Source: Candidatus Saccharimonadia bacterium (lineage in GTDB: Bacteria > Patescibacteriota > Saccharimonadia > Saccharimonadales > JALRHH01). From it: a stretch of DNA of 64,000 nt. The stretch covers positions 236,020 through 300,019 of the forward strand of contig JALRHH010000001.1 of assembly GCA_023253175.1 (NCBI GenBank), in the 5' to 3' direction. The translations under genes and the position numbers were made by a program. Position 1 is the stretch's first letter; each line of letters opens with the position of its first letter. The notes beneath the pieces are model-generated. The model was not told the origin of the DNA and did no database searches. It saw nothing but the letters and a program-made list of their open reading frames with translations. Positions 47,860 through 57,523 of this stretch are shown piece after piece.

Positions 47860-47889
47860 ATTATAGCACATTATGTGCTATTTTGTCAA
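47860..47889 (-). promoter_or_regulatory. Consensus promoter containing a perfect palindromic operator
   Basis: TTGACA-18-TATAAT on the minus strand overlapping ATAGCACAT-T-ATGTGCTAT (47863-47881). Confidence 0.65.
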
Positions 47890-47903
47890 TATTTAGTAGA
47901 AAT

Positions 47904-49007
47904 CTATTTAGATTCTTGGAGGGCGGCCTTGGCGGTTGCTTCAGGTATAAGATTGCGGCGATGTAGATAATCAATCACGAGTACACGCAGGGATCCAGCA
48001 ACTGGGATCGCCACAAGTCCGCCTAATATACCGCCAAAGCTCACACCTATGATTACAGAAGCAAAGACGAGTAGCGGTGACATATTAGTAGCATTAGACT
48101 GAATACGAGGCTGTATAACGTAGTTTTCAATTTGTTGGTACAGGAAGTAGTACAAAAGGATAATTACAGCTGCAATTGGTGATGTAAAGAGCGCGACCGT
48201 ACTGACAATAACGGCACCAATCGTGTGTCCAACCATTGGGATAAGACCACAGATAAATACAATCAGCATCAGGGCGATAGGGTAGCCTACTCCAAGGATG
48301 AGCAGTGGCACCAAAATCATGACCGCAGCAAGTGCAGCCAAGATTACCTGACCGTTTACAAAGCCCTTTACAACGCGGTACATGTCCTCAAGCAGTGCAT
48401 CAGTACGCTTTTGCTTGTCTTTAGGCAGCATCCCCTTGAACAGCTTGATCCAGTGCGGACCCTCGATCAGCATCATAAAGGTAAGCACCAAAATAGTTAG
48501 CATTGAGAAAATGCTGCCAGACACCTTTGTGACACCACTCACGGCGCCAGAGCCAACATTACTGAGCCTGTCTGATAGCTGTGAGGAGAATTTTTCAACC
48601 TGATCCTCTAGGTTGTAGCGGCGAACGAAATTACCGAGGCTGGAATTCTCATTACGAACATCTTCTACGATACCTGGGGCAGCTTTAATGAAGTTATTGG
48701 TCTGCTGCACAAGTGGTGGAACGATGCTGGCCAGGAATCCAGCCAAGAATGCGATGACAATAATAAAGGATACCGCCGTGCCAATTTTACGGCTACCACG
48801 GCGCTTGCCAGGTAAGTGTTCGGCAATCCAGTGAACTGGTGCGTTCAGCGCCAATGCAAGGAAAAAAGCAGTAAAAATAAGTACAAGCGCATGTGTTGCT
48901 TTACGCAGTGCAGCTAAAAGCAGCAGCCAGGCAAGCACTGCAGCGAGCACCTTAAAGATGGTTCTATTTGAAATCGTAAATTCGGTCTTGGGTTGTGATG
49001 TTGCCAT
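47904..49007 (-). CDS. AI-2E family transporter
   Basis: Multi-TM; LIPMVG, YQQIENYVIQPRI, GGILGGLVAIP. Confidence 0.92.
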   Translation of the reverse strand: MATSQPKTEFTISNRTIFKVLAAVLAWLLLLAALRKATHALVLIFTAFFLALALNAPVHWIAEHLPGKRRGSRKIGTAVSFIIVIAFLAGFLASIVPPLVQQTNNFIKAAPGIVEDVRNENSSLGNFVRRYNLEDQVEKFSSQLSDRLSNVGSGAVSGVTKVSGSIFSMLTILVLTFMMLIEGPHWIKLFKGMLPKDKQKRTDALLEDMYRVVKGFVNGQVILAALAAVMILVPLLILGVGYPIALMLIVFICGLIPMVGHTIGAVIVSTVALFTSPIAAVIILLYYFLYQQIENYVIQPRIQSNATNMSPLLVFASVIIGVSFGGILGGLVAIPVAGSLRVLVIDYLHRRNLIPEATAKAALQESK

Positions 49008-49009
49008 GA

Positions 49010-50161
49010 TTAATCCTTATTATGCTGCTTTTCTTTCACACTTGCAATTGCCATTTCGTACTCTGAAATAAGTTTTGGCCCCACAACGCTGACGTCAAAA
49101 TTTTTGACATACTCTCGGCCCCAGTCGGCGGCGTCTTTCCGCATGACTCCATCCATGATCAATTCCTGAAGCTTCGCGGCAAATGCCTGAGTATCCTTAG
49201 GGTCAATTAACAGCTCAGGCCGTGGCTGCATAACCGTTGCATAGCCAGGATTGCTGCCCGCCAATACGGCTGCGCGGCCCGATGCCATTGCCTCGAGCAG
49301 CACAATGCCAAAGCTTTCGCCGCTCGTACTTGGAAACACTGAAATATCTGCTGATGCGTAATAATCAGGCTTGTCATCCTCTGATACAAAGCCAGCAAAC
49401 TCTACAATTTCTGACAAACCATGCTGTGCGGCATACGATTGCAGCTCTTCCAGCAGTGCACCCTTACCGCAAATAACGACTCGGATTTTAGGCAGGGTAG
49501 CTAGGTCAAGCCCTGCAAGCGCTTGAAGTAGATGCTGACAGCCCTTACGTTCCACCAAACGACCCAGGAATAGAATAGTGATTGCGTCTGATTTAGGAAG
49601 AAGTGGCTGTGCACCCTCGAACCTCGGATAATCAAACACGTTTGGAAGCACCTTGCTCTTAACACCAAAAGTCTGCGCCTGGAATTCAGCGGCGGCACTG
49701 GATACAGACAAAAAGGTATTAATTTTCTTAAGTGAAGGCTTCAGTGTGAAACCGAGTAATCTGCTAGCGAATGCTGCCAGTCCGCCGTACGGCAAAATGT
49801 GGAACGTACTAACTACACCAGCCGTCTTGTTTCTATGAAGAATATACTGTGCCATGAGCGGGTGATACGGAGATTGGACATGCAGAATATCAAACTGTTT
49901 CTCGACAAGTAGCTTCTTTACTTTTGATCTGTGTGCCCATAATGGGATCGTCATTTTGTTGCCGTTAAATGTCACCGTCACGTTTCGTGACAAGCTGTGT
50001 ACATTTGCAATATCAGTGCGCTTTGTTTCACCAACGAGGTAATGTACCTCGTGGCCCTGCGCGGTCATCCATTCGCCGAGTCTTAGAATATACTGCTGGA
50101 CACCGTCTGGTGGATCCAGTGACGTATCAAGCACAAACCCAATCTTAAGCTGCTTTGCCAC
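49010..50161 (-). CDS. Glycosyltransferase family 4 (PimA-like)
   Basis: DGVQ, FDILHVQSP, STFH, FLGRLVERKG, PSTSGESFGIVLLEAMA; GTG start at 50161. Confidence 0.9.
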   Translation of the reverse strand: MAKQLKIGFVLDTSLDPPDGVQQYILRLGEWMTAQGHEVHYLVGETKRTDIANVHSLSRNVTVTFNGNKMTIPLWAHRSKVKKLLVEKQFDILHVQSPYHPLMAQYILHRNKTAGVVSTFHILPYGGLAAFASRLLGFTLKPSLKKINTFLSVSSAAAEFQAQTFGVKSKVLPNVFDYPRFEGAQPLLPKSDAITILFLGRLVERKGCQHLLQALAGLDLATLPKIRVVICGKGALLEELQSYAAQHGLSEIVEFAGFVSEDDKPDYYASADISVFPSTSGESFGIVLLEAMASGRAAVLAGSNPGYATVMQPRPELLIDPKDTQAFAAKLQELIMDGVMRKDAADWGREYVKNFDVSVVGPKLISEYEMAIASVKEKQHNKD

Positions 50162-51281
50162 GACTACTCTTGTTCTCACAGGCTTTGTTGTACAAATCCT
50201 CGTACTGATCAACAATGTGACGGTAATCAAACTGTTTTACGTAGGTTTTGGCCCATCCTTGCCATAGTTTCTTAAAATTTTGATCAGTCAAAAAGATCTG
50301 AAGCCGACGAGCAAATTCCGACGCGTCTTTGGAATTCACAATGCCGAGCGCACCCGTTTCTTTGAGCACCGTTTCGTAACCTGGATTAGAACCCGCAACG
50401 GTTGGTGTGCCGCATGCCATTGCCTCGAGCAGCACAATACCAAAGCTTTCGCCGTACAGCGCAGGGGAACAGAACACATCAGCTTTCTGCATAATACGAA
50501 TCTTTTCCGCATCATCCAGGTAACCGAGGAATTCTATGTTCGGAATCTCTTGTTCAAGCGCGTACTGTTCTAGCTTTTCTTTATCTGGGCCCGCACCACC
50601 AATCAGGAGCTGCGCATCAGGCATGCGCTGCTGCAGCAATTTGAATGCCTTGAGGAGATACTTTACGCCCTTGCGTTTTTCTAGGCGCCCTACGTAGAAA
50701 ATTGTTGGCCTATCAAAGCTTGCTTCTGGATCTGGACGATATTTCTTTAGATCAATGCCGTTGGTAATCATGTTAACGTCTACATCCGCCAGGTGACGAA
50801 GGTACTGGGCAGCAGGATCAGACACGGCCGTGAAGAAATCGATGTATTTGAGAATTGATTTGGTATACGGCTTAATAACGCGCTCGATCGTTTTGCTGAC
50901 ACGGGTATCAGGGAGACGCGCGTGAAAGGTGCCGATATTTACCGATTGACTGCGGCTGAGCAGTTGGCGACTAACAATTGGGATCCATGGCTCATGAATG
51001 TGCAGCACATCAAACTGCTCCCTCGTTAAGATTTCATCGATTTTTTCTATGCTACCGGTTGCAGAAACCTGCACAACTGTATGCATTGGGGACTTAAAAT
51101 CAGCAGAGCCACCAATGAATAACATGTGCTCTGGGGCCTCGCCCTTATAACTCCGCGGCTGAGGCGTCAAAATAATCGCATCGTGGCCACGACGGCGCAG
51201 TTCAGCTTGGGTAGCGAGTATATGCTCCTGCACACCGCCACCCTTGAACATGTCATAGGGCGAAAACAATCCTATTTTCAT
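50145..51281 (-). CDS. Glycosyltransferase family 4 (PimA-like phosphatidylinositol mannosyltransferase)
   Basis: SPYD...GGVQEH, FDVLHIHEP, GTFH, GRLEKRKG, GESFGIVLLEAMA are PimA-type motifs. Confidence 0.9.
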   Translation of the reverse strand: MKIGLFSPYDMFKGGGVQEHILATQAELRRRGHDAIILTPQPRSYKGEAPEHMLFIGGSADFKSPMHTVVQVSATGSIEKIDEILTREQFDVLHIHEPWIPIVSRQLLSRSQSVNIGTFHARLPDTRVSKTIERVIKPYTKSILKYIDFFTAVSDPAAQYLRHLADVDVNMITNGIDLKKYRPDPEASFDRPTIFYVGRLEKRKGVKYLLKAFKLLQQRMPDAQLLIGGAGPDKEKLEQYALEQEIPNIEFLGYLDDAEKIRIMQKADVFCSPALYGESFGIVLLEAMACGTPTVAGSNPGYETVLKETGALGIVNSKDASEFARRLQIFLTDQNFKKLWQGWAKTYVKQFDYRHIVDQYEDLYNKACENKSSRGKAA

Positions 51282-51322
51282 CTTGTATACAGTATACCCG
51301 AAGCGGAAGTGAAATTGCGAGC

Positions 51323-52246
51323 TTACTTCGACAGTACTTTGCGGATTTCTTTTGGAACAAGCGGGGAAGCTTGGGCTTTAGTTGCCAGAATGCTTGGGGC
51401 ATGGTTATCAAGCTTAGACATGGCGACATTGAAGTCACTAAATATAATTCGGTAGTGTTGTTCGACCATTGTATTGTCAAAGTATTTCTCGCCGGCGACA
51501 GCCACATGCCAGACAGGTAAATCAACTCGCTTCTTGAGATTATTTACGTTTAGCATTTCAACCGTGGTCGCCATGTGCGTTCGTGCGTCATTTGCATGCC
51601 AGAGATGAATTTCAAAATCCATCATACGGTTGAATTCTGATTTATTCGTATTCTTGAACTTGTGTTTAGCATTATGTGTCTTGGCATACGCCGCACGGAG
51701 CAGTGAAGGATGCAGTAGTACGTTTCTAAAGAAAATAGATGGGAGCTTGTGGGACAATGCACGGGCTGCAAGTACATAACCGGTATGACGACTACGAGTA
51801 AACGTAAAGTCGTCCTTGTGCGCAAAACCTACCACACTGACCAGCAGATCAACCTTCTTGGCCAGGTCAGGGTAGCGCTGCAACATGCGCGTTACGACAA
51901 TGAATCCGAACGACAGCCCAGCAATTGAAACGCGGCGGCGCTTGTACTGCATTTTAATAAACGTAGCCAGATAATCCGCCATTGTATCGAGATCTGGCTT
52001 TTTACCGATCTTATAGAAACTGTCCATGCCGCCGAACCCCGGAAGGTCAGGGGCTGTCACAGTACCGTAATCCCCAAGTACTTGAATCAGACCCCACCAA
52101 CGTTCAATTGTAGAGTGATGCCCATACACGAACAGAATCTCGCGGTTTTTATCCTTGTTTGGCATACGTAGCATACGACCATTCAGACCGTTGACATACA
52201 GTGGCACAATGTAGTCTTCTGGACTACGCTTCTTTTTATCGCTCAT
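51323..52246 (-). CDS. Alpha/beta hydrolase
   Basis: FVYGH, PDLPGFG, nucleophile elbow GLSFG, C-terminal HAP. Confidence 0.88.
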   Translation of the reverse strand: MSDKKKRSPEDYIVPLYVNGLNGRMLRMPNKDKNREILFVYGHHSTIERWWGLIQVLGDYGTVTAPDLPGFGGMDSFYKIGKKPDLDTMADYLATFIKMQYKRRRVSIAGLSFGFIVVTRMLQRYPDLAKKVDLLVSVVGFAHKDDFTFTRSRHTGYVLAARALSHKLPSIFFRNVLLHPSLLRAAYAKTHNAKHKFKNTNKSEFNRMMDFEIHLWHANDARTHMATTVEMLNVNNLKKRVDLPVWHVAVAGEKYFDNTMVEQHYRIIFSDFNVAMSKLDNHAPSILATKAQASPLVPKEIRKVLSK

Positions 52247-52301
52247 TGCCGCCTATTGTAATACATTTACCGTAGATTTACAGCGGTAATATTGGCCGTA
52301 A

Positions 52302-53537
52302 CTAGAATCGGGGCATCAGTCGCCACAGAACTGTAGGCTCGGACGCATCTTTCGAAATTACAACTGCACTCTGAGCCGTATCACGTCCCGTATTAGCCTT
52401 GATGGTGCCCACCCTTGATCCTGCCTTTGCAAATGCCTTAGGGTCATCGAGTGTTAGTTCTGTACTTGCAGAAGAATCCTGCCAGATGATGCCTTTTAGG
52501 TCAGATTCGACTGTCAGTGGAATGGAATCTGCCCAAGCTTGTTCGTACGTACCAACCTGTTGACCAGCCTTTGCAATTGTCACCTCAGAAAATCCGTTCA
52601 AAACAGAGTTTACGAGGGGCACTGAATCCCGCAGTGCCGCACCAAGATTCGGAGCACCCATGATAACGCTGACAGCGATGATTTTCTTACCGCCAACTTC
52701 ACGCACCGCAGCTGCCATGAAGCAGCCACCAGCTTCTTCAGTATTACCAGTCTTTACGCCAACAATGCCGTTACGGCCAAGCAGCATATTCACGTTGTAG
52801 ATACGGCCAGCGACGGGAATAGTCGCTTCCTGCTGTGATGCAATCTCTGCAATAACAGGGTTGTCCATGGCATTTACGGCGAGCTTGACTAGGTCAGATG
52901 AGGTACTAACTGTTTTTGGCGAATAGCCACTCGCGTCGTCAAAGTTAGTGTTCTCCATGCCCAGTGATTTCGCAAAGTTATTCACAAATCGCAGGTAGTT
53001 TTCTTCTGACCCATACGCCCACTTAACTAGGGTGTATGCCATGTTGTTAGCAGAGGGGAGTAACAGTGCCTGCAGCGCCTCATACTGCGTGATTTCCTCA
53101 CCAAGCTGCACCGGTACATTTGATCCATCCATGGCTATTGTGCGGTAATACTCGTCGACATCATCTTGCGTAATCGTGATTGTCGGACCCTTCTCACCAA
53201 CTTTTAATGGACGCTGCTTTAGAACGGCGAGGGCAGTCATAACCTTAGCGACACTAGCCGTTGGCAAGGCTTTTTGTTCACCTTTTTTGCCGAGCACGCC
53301 ATATCCCACGGCGCCAATTGCAGCCTGACCGTAGCTTGGCCAGTTAACGGATACTGATTGAGATTTGGTAGGCAGGGTAGGCTGCGGAGTGGCCTTTGCC
53401 AATGGCAGCGCGCGGCCCATCATAGCAGCGACATAAATAGCCAGAACAATCACGATCACAAATGGAACAAGCGCAGACTTGCCGCGCTTCTTTGGATGCT
53501 TCACGCTCTTAAAAGCGTGTGGTTCTACTACCCTCAT
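52302..53537 (-). CDS. D-alanyl-D-alanine carboxypeptidase (peptidase S11)
   Basis: ASVAK (SxxK), SAN (SxN), KTG; N-terminal TM anchor. Confidence 0.92.
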   Translation of the reverse strand: MRVVEPHAFKSVKHPKKRGKSALVPFVIVIVLAIYVAAMMGRALPLAKATPQPTLPTKSQSVSVNWPSYGQAAIGAVGYGVLGKKGEQKALPTASVAKVMTALAVLKQRPLKVGEKGPTITITQDDVDEYYRTIAMDGSNVPVQLGEEITQYEALQALLLPSANNMAYTLVKWAYGSEENYLRFVNNFAKSLGMENTNFDDASGYSPKTVSTSSDLVKLAVNAMDNPVIAEIASQQEATIPVAGRIYNVNMLLGRNGIVGVKTGNTEEAGGCFMAAAVREVGGKKIIAVSVIMGAPNLGAALRDSVPLVNSVLNGFSEVTIAKAGQQVGTYEQAWADSIPLTVESDLKGIIWQDSSASTELTLDDPKAFAKAGSRVGTIKANTGRDTAQSAVVISKDASEPTVLWRLMPRF

Positions 53538-53647
53538 ACGTTACCTGTAAGTATACATAACCATTACCACTTGTGGGAAGTGCATTTTAGATTGTATTGT
53601 TGCTAATTTTCCGGTAGAATCTACACCTGTAATTCACCACGACATAT

Positions 53648-53722
53648 TAGGGCGTCGCCAAGTGGTAAGGCACTGGTTTTTGGTACCAGCATTCGGGGGT
53701 TCGAATCCCTCCGCCCTAGCCA
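53648..53722 (+). tRNA. trnQ: tRNA-Gln (TTG)
   Basis: TAGGGCG-TCGCCAAGTGGTAAGGC-ACTGGT-TTTTGGT-ACCAG-CATTC-GGGGGTTCGAATCCCTC-CGCCCTA-GCCA. Confidence 0.97.
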
Positions 53723-53904
53723 TTGAAAGAGTCCAGCAAGTCTGGGCTTTTTCAATGACTTGATGAATTCAAACTCCCGACTGAAGCATTCGGGGTGAAA
53801 ATTGCCAGTGGCAATTTGCAAGGCAATCTTCACTTGAAAACTTGTTTTCAAAGCAGAAGTTGCGGGCCTGCTGAAAGTAGGTCGAAATCCCTCCGCCCTA
53901 GCCA
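53723..53904. repeat. Palindrome-rich ~180 bp insert ending in a duplicate of the tRNA-Gln 3' end
   Basis: Exact 19 bp direct repeat AATCCCTCCGCCCTAGCCA at 53704-53722 and 53886-53904; internal palindromes AAATTGCCAGTGGCAATTT and TTGAAAACTTGTTTTCAA. Confidence 0.85.
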
Positions 53905-54002
53905 ATCATAAGCACTTTGCAAAAGCAGAGTGTTTTTGTTTATGCTTGCATCAAGGTATCTAATTCTTTAGTCTACAAAGTATGTAAGTTTGGAGTGATG
54001 AA

Positions 54003-54407
54003 ATGACAAAGTTTTGTGAAGAGTGTCCGATGAAGGGCTCGATGAAGGAAGAGATGAGTGGATTTATTGCTGGCCCTTACAGATTCAGAGCCTATAAATG
54101 GAGTAATCGCGCAAATGAGTCAGGTTATGTAGGCAGCTTAGTAGATGATTTTGGCGGTTTTTCAGAACCGATGTACCTTCCATCGGACAACCTAGCGGAT
54201 ACAGCCATTGAGTCACGTATCAATGCATGTACTGAACCCACAGAGCGCTTTGAAAAACGTGGAATAAGGGGAAGAGATCATAGGATCCTCGGTTGTCCTG
54301 CAGTAGGAGCATTAGTAGTGACAGATCACGAATTACGTACTCGTAGTTTACGTAATTTTGAAAAAATTGTATTAGCGAGCGCACAGTTACGAACAGATGA
54401 GGCTTGA
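54003..54407 (+). CDS. Hypothetical protein (cassette 1), Cys-containing
   Basis: FCEECP and GCPA motifs; GGAG RBS. Confidence 0.65.
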   Translation: MTKFCEECPMKGSMKEEMSGFIAGPYRFRAYKWSNRANESGYVGSLVDDFGGFSEPMYLPSDNLADTAIESRINACTEPTERFEKRGIRGRDHRILGCPAVGALVVTDHELRTRSLRNFEKIVLASAQLRTDEA

Positions 54408-54544
54408 GCATAGCTTGCTCTAATATTCAAAACTAGTTTGAAGTTCGTCAATAAGCAGAAGCCAAGCATAAGCACTTTGCGGAAGCAGAGTGTTTTTGTT
54501 TTGCTTATGCTTGCAAATAATAACTAATATATTAAACTTCCAGT

Positions 54545-55042
54545 ATGTCAAACGAAATCAACTCAAATGCTGGCGATCAAGTGTCTAGCTTAACCTTCGC
54601 AGAGCTCGCTAGTCTTAGTCAGTCTGTAGCCGAGATCCGCAAAGCAGTCAGCGAGTTACCAACCACAGAGGAAATTTCCCTTATTGTTGAGGGGGAAGTA
54701 TCGCAGCGAGCAGCCGCTCTTGCTCAAAGTGCAGGTCGCTTAGCGCTTGCCGAGGCAGGCAGTGATGAATACAATGAAAGCCTCACTTCATTCCAAGAAG
54801 CCATGGAGGATCTGGGCCTATCGAATCTTTTGGCGCGCTCCATATATGGGGCTCCCCACGAAAGACTACGCCATGAGCGTATCCGTCGAGGCCTAACCCA
54901 GGAACAAGTTGCAGCACAAATGGGCATTACTTCCGCATACTTGTCTCGAATAGAGAGAGGAGAGAGGGACAGCGATACTACTCTCTCAAAAATCATAAAC
55001 TTTTTCGAGTCTAATAAATTTGACCAGATCCCGACTGAATAG
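54545..55042 (+). CDS. Protein with C-terminal XRE-family HTH (cassette 2)
   Basis: LRHERIRRGLTQEQVAAQMGITSAYLSRIERGER. Confidence 0.85.
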   Translation: MSNEINSNAGDQVSSLTFAELASLSQSVAEIRKAVSELPTTEEISLIVEGEVSQRAAALAQSAGRLALAEAGSDEYNESLTSFQEAMEDLGLSNLLARSIYGAPHERLRHERIRRGLTQEQVAAQMGITSAYLSRIERGERDSDTTLSKIINFFESNKFDQIPTE

Positions 55043-55115
55043 TCATTTACACTGTCAAGTAGGACAGTTTTTGGTTATGCTTGCATGTAACTTTTAAGGC
55101 GATATACTTCGAATT

Positions 55116-55898
55116 ATGGATATGTTCACGGGAGACATGGAGAATTGGCTCAATTACGTAGAGGTAAATGATACGGAGCATGCTCGCTTACTGCGCGATA
55201 TGTTTAAGCGGCGTAATTTTACGGATCACGACGATGCGTCCAATGTGGCGTATGCCTCGGAGTTGGCACATTGGGTACATGGACATTTTGAGTATGTGAC
55301 ATATGCTCGATCTAACGAGATTCCGGGCGAACAACTACCTAGAGCACTTCGTGTGCTCACCGCACGAGAATGGAGTCCTGGCGGTGAGCTAAACATCGTG
55401 TACCCATCAGGTAGCTCAGTTGCGCTACGTCGGGAAGATGAACGAAGGGGTAATGTTGGCGGCCATTCTACACTCGAGAAAATTGTCCGTGACAGTATTG
55501 ATACTGGTAAAACATTCGATCAGACCGTAGATGACGCTACGGAGTTGATATCACTTGATGGCAACCTTGTGGGTGAACACCTTGCACTTAAAGGCCTGCG
55601 TAACACGATTGCATCAACTAAGATAACCATAGATTGGCAACACCCCCTCAGCCATACGAGCGGCTTACTACTTACAGTGAATTCCTTTGGCATAGATATT
55701 GTGCCGTACGATGAGCCAGCAGTTATGCCTGAATTATTTTCATTCGCCACTGAGAGCCTGCGAAACCCCTCAGAGCTTGCTATGCTTGCGAGCGAACTCA
55801 TGGTAATAGCCGCCGAGTACTGTCCACCGCGCAGTAGACAGTACTATACCGACAGAGAGGATATTATTCAGCTCGAACAGCTACTAAACTGCATTTAG
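55116..55898 (+). CDS. Hypothetical protein (cassette 3)
   Basis: 260 aa ORF; promoter TTGCAT-16-TATACT immediately upstream. Confidence 0.65.
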   Translation: MDMFTGDMENWLNYVEVNDTEHARLLRDMFKRRNFTDHDDASNVAYASELAHWVHGHFEYVTYARSNEIPGEQLPRALRVLTAREWSPGGELNIVYPSGSSVALRREDERRGNVGGHSTLEKIVRDSIDTGKTFDQTVDDATELISLDGNLVGEHLALKGLRNTIASTKITIDWQHPLSHTSGLLLTVNSFGIDIVPYDEPAVMPELFSFATESLRNPSELAMLASELMVIAAEYCPPRSRQYYTDREDIIQLEQLLNCI

Positions 55899-55998
55899 CT
55901 GAACCGTTCCACTAATTTAGTAAATTGCATCTACCAGAAGTAAGTCGATCATAATAATTTACGGGAGCAGAGTGTTTTTATTTTGCTATGATGTATCC

Positions 55999-56565
55999 AT
56001 GGCTGATTCCCGACTAAAAATACGAGATGCCGTTGAATCCATTAAACCTTTTGATGTCTTAGAAAAGAAGCATAAAGAGGATGTCTTGGAGTGGATCGAC
56101 AGCGGCTCTCCACTTTTTCGCATTAGTAAACCGGATAATCCACCAAAACATCTTGTTTCGTACTTTGTGCTATACGATCCACAAGCCCAGTCTCTAATGT
56201 TGATTGACCACATCAAAGCAGGACTTTGGCTCCCAACTGGCGGACATGTTGATATAGATGAAGACCCCCGCGATACTGTAGTCCGTGAAGCCGAAGAGGA
56301 GTTAAAGATCAACGCAGACTTCGGCACTATATTTGGTGATGACCCGTTCTTTGTTACTGTCACTGAGACTAGGAATGCAGGAGTACATACTGATGTTAGT
56401 CTATGGTACATCATTAAAGGTAGTCTTGATGCTGGTTTGGATTTTGACACTGGCGAGATGAATGGCGTCCGTTGGCAAACCACCGAAGAAATACTGAAGT
56501 CAAATATTGATGAGCTAGACCCTCATATGCATCGCTTCACCAACAAAATGAAAGAGTTTAATTGA
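55999..56565 (+). CDS. NUDIX hydrolase (cassette 4)
   Basis: WLPTGGHVDIDEDPRDTVVREAEEEL NUDIX box; ATG 55999. Confidence 0.9.
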   Translation: MADSRLKIRDAVESIKPFDVLEKKHKEDVLEWIDSGSPLFRISKPDNPPKHLVSYFVLYDPQAQSLMLIDHIKAGLWLPTGGHVDIDEDPRDTVVREAEEELKINADFGTIFGDDPFFVTVTETRNAGVHTDVSLWYIIKGSLDAGLDFDTGEMNGVRWQTTEEILKSNIDELDPHMHRFTNKMKEFN

Positions 56566-56692
56566 TAAAGTTAGCGCCTAGTTCGACTTTCGTCCACTAG
56601 TGTAGCCTTAAGCATTTGAGTTCTGTGATTTAGCAGAGGTTTTTGTCTTGGTTATGGTTGCAAACAGATATTAATGTCACATAATAAGCTAC

Positions 56693-57094
56693 ATGTTTAA
56701 GAATAACAACTCTGATGCCATGGGATTCCGTGAAGGATTAAGATATATATTCATTGCAGCACGCAAAGGCTATCCAGCACCTAACGAACTTATCAAAACC
56801 CTTGAGCCAAATAGTCCGGAGCTGCGCTATGCCAAACTTAGGTACGGCATTGGGAGCGCAGTGTTCGCTGGACTGTCCATGGCAGGGCTGTCATACTCGA
56901 TGCCTCATGAAGTAAACGTTATAGAAGATATTCGTGCTGGCCTAGATCAGCAGGAACTACCTTCTATAGATGAAACTTTAGGCCTTCTGCTACATTCACC
57001 GTTCATCGCACTTGAAGCCTTGATGATGGCCCATGGACTAGCACATTTGCACACTGCTCGTAACGCCGGAAGGCAGGAGAAAAGCGACCCTTAA
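56693..57094 (+). CDS. Hypothetical membrane protein (cassette 5)
   Basis: 133 aa with two hydrophobic segments. Confidence 0.6.
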   Translation: MFKNNNSDAMGFREGLRYIFIAARKGYPAPNELIKTLEPNSPELRYAKLRYGIGSAVFAGLSMAGLSYSMPHEVNVIEDIRAGLDQQELPSIDETLGLLLHSPFIALEALMMAHGLAHLHTARNAGRQEKSDP

Positions 57095-57225
57095 GGCCGT
57101 CATATGAATTCATTCAAGAATCACATTGACAATAAATAGCATTTCGCCTATCCCTGACTCCACTAACGAGCTTCATCAAGCATAAATCATGTACAAATTA
57201 GTATTTTTGTGGTATAAAGTAAATT

Positions 57226-57411
57226 ATGAAGCCACAACACTTTGAGAACATTGATCAGCGTGATCCAGAGGAGATAGTGAACACTGAGCAATCATTTTCG
57301 TTTACGCGTTCTAAAAAGGCAGGCGAAGATGTAATGCGTCTACTCTCTAAAGATCAGCGTGATCCAGAAGAGATAGCCACAAAAACACTGACTAACACCC
57401 TTTACTCATAG
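57226..57411 (+). CDS. Small protein with internal DQRDPEEI duplication (cassette 6)
   Basis: 61 aa; near-identical 25 bp DNA repeat; its TAG is the first base triplet of the inter-cassette repeat. Confidence 0.5.
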   Translation: MKPQHFENIDQRDPEEIVNTEQSFSFTRSKKAGEDVMRLLSKDQRDPEEIATKTLTNTLYS

Positions 57412-57523
57412 TTCGAAGTTCGTCAATAAGCGGCAGCCAAGCATAAGCACTTTGTGAAAGCAAAGTGTTTTTTTGTTTTGCTTATGCTCGCAAAATAATT
57501 GCTAAGCTGACAAAATATCTTGG

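Noticed and set aside
53621..53905. 94 aa minus-strand ORF with an internal ARAEGF / GRRDSNPR look
   Set aside because: It is the antisense reading of tRNA-Gln and its duplicated 3' end.
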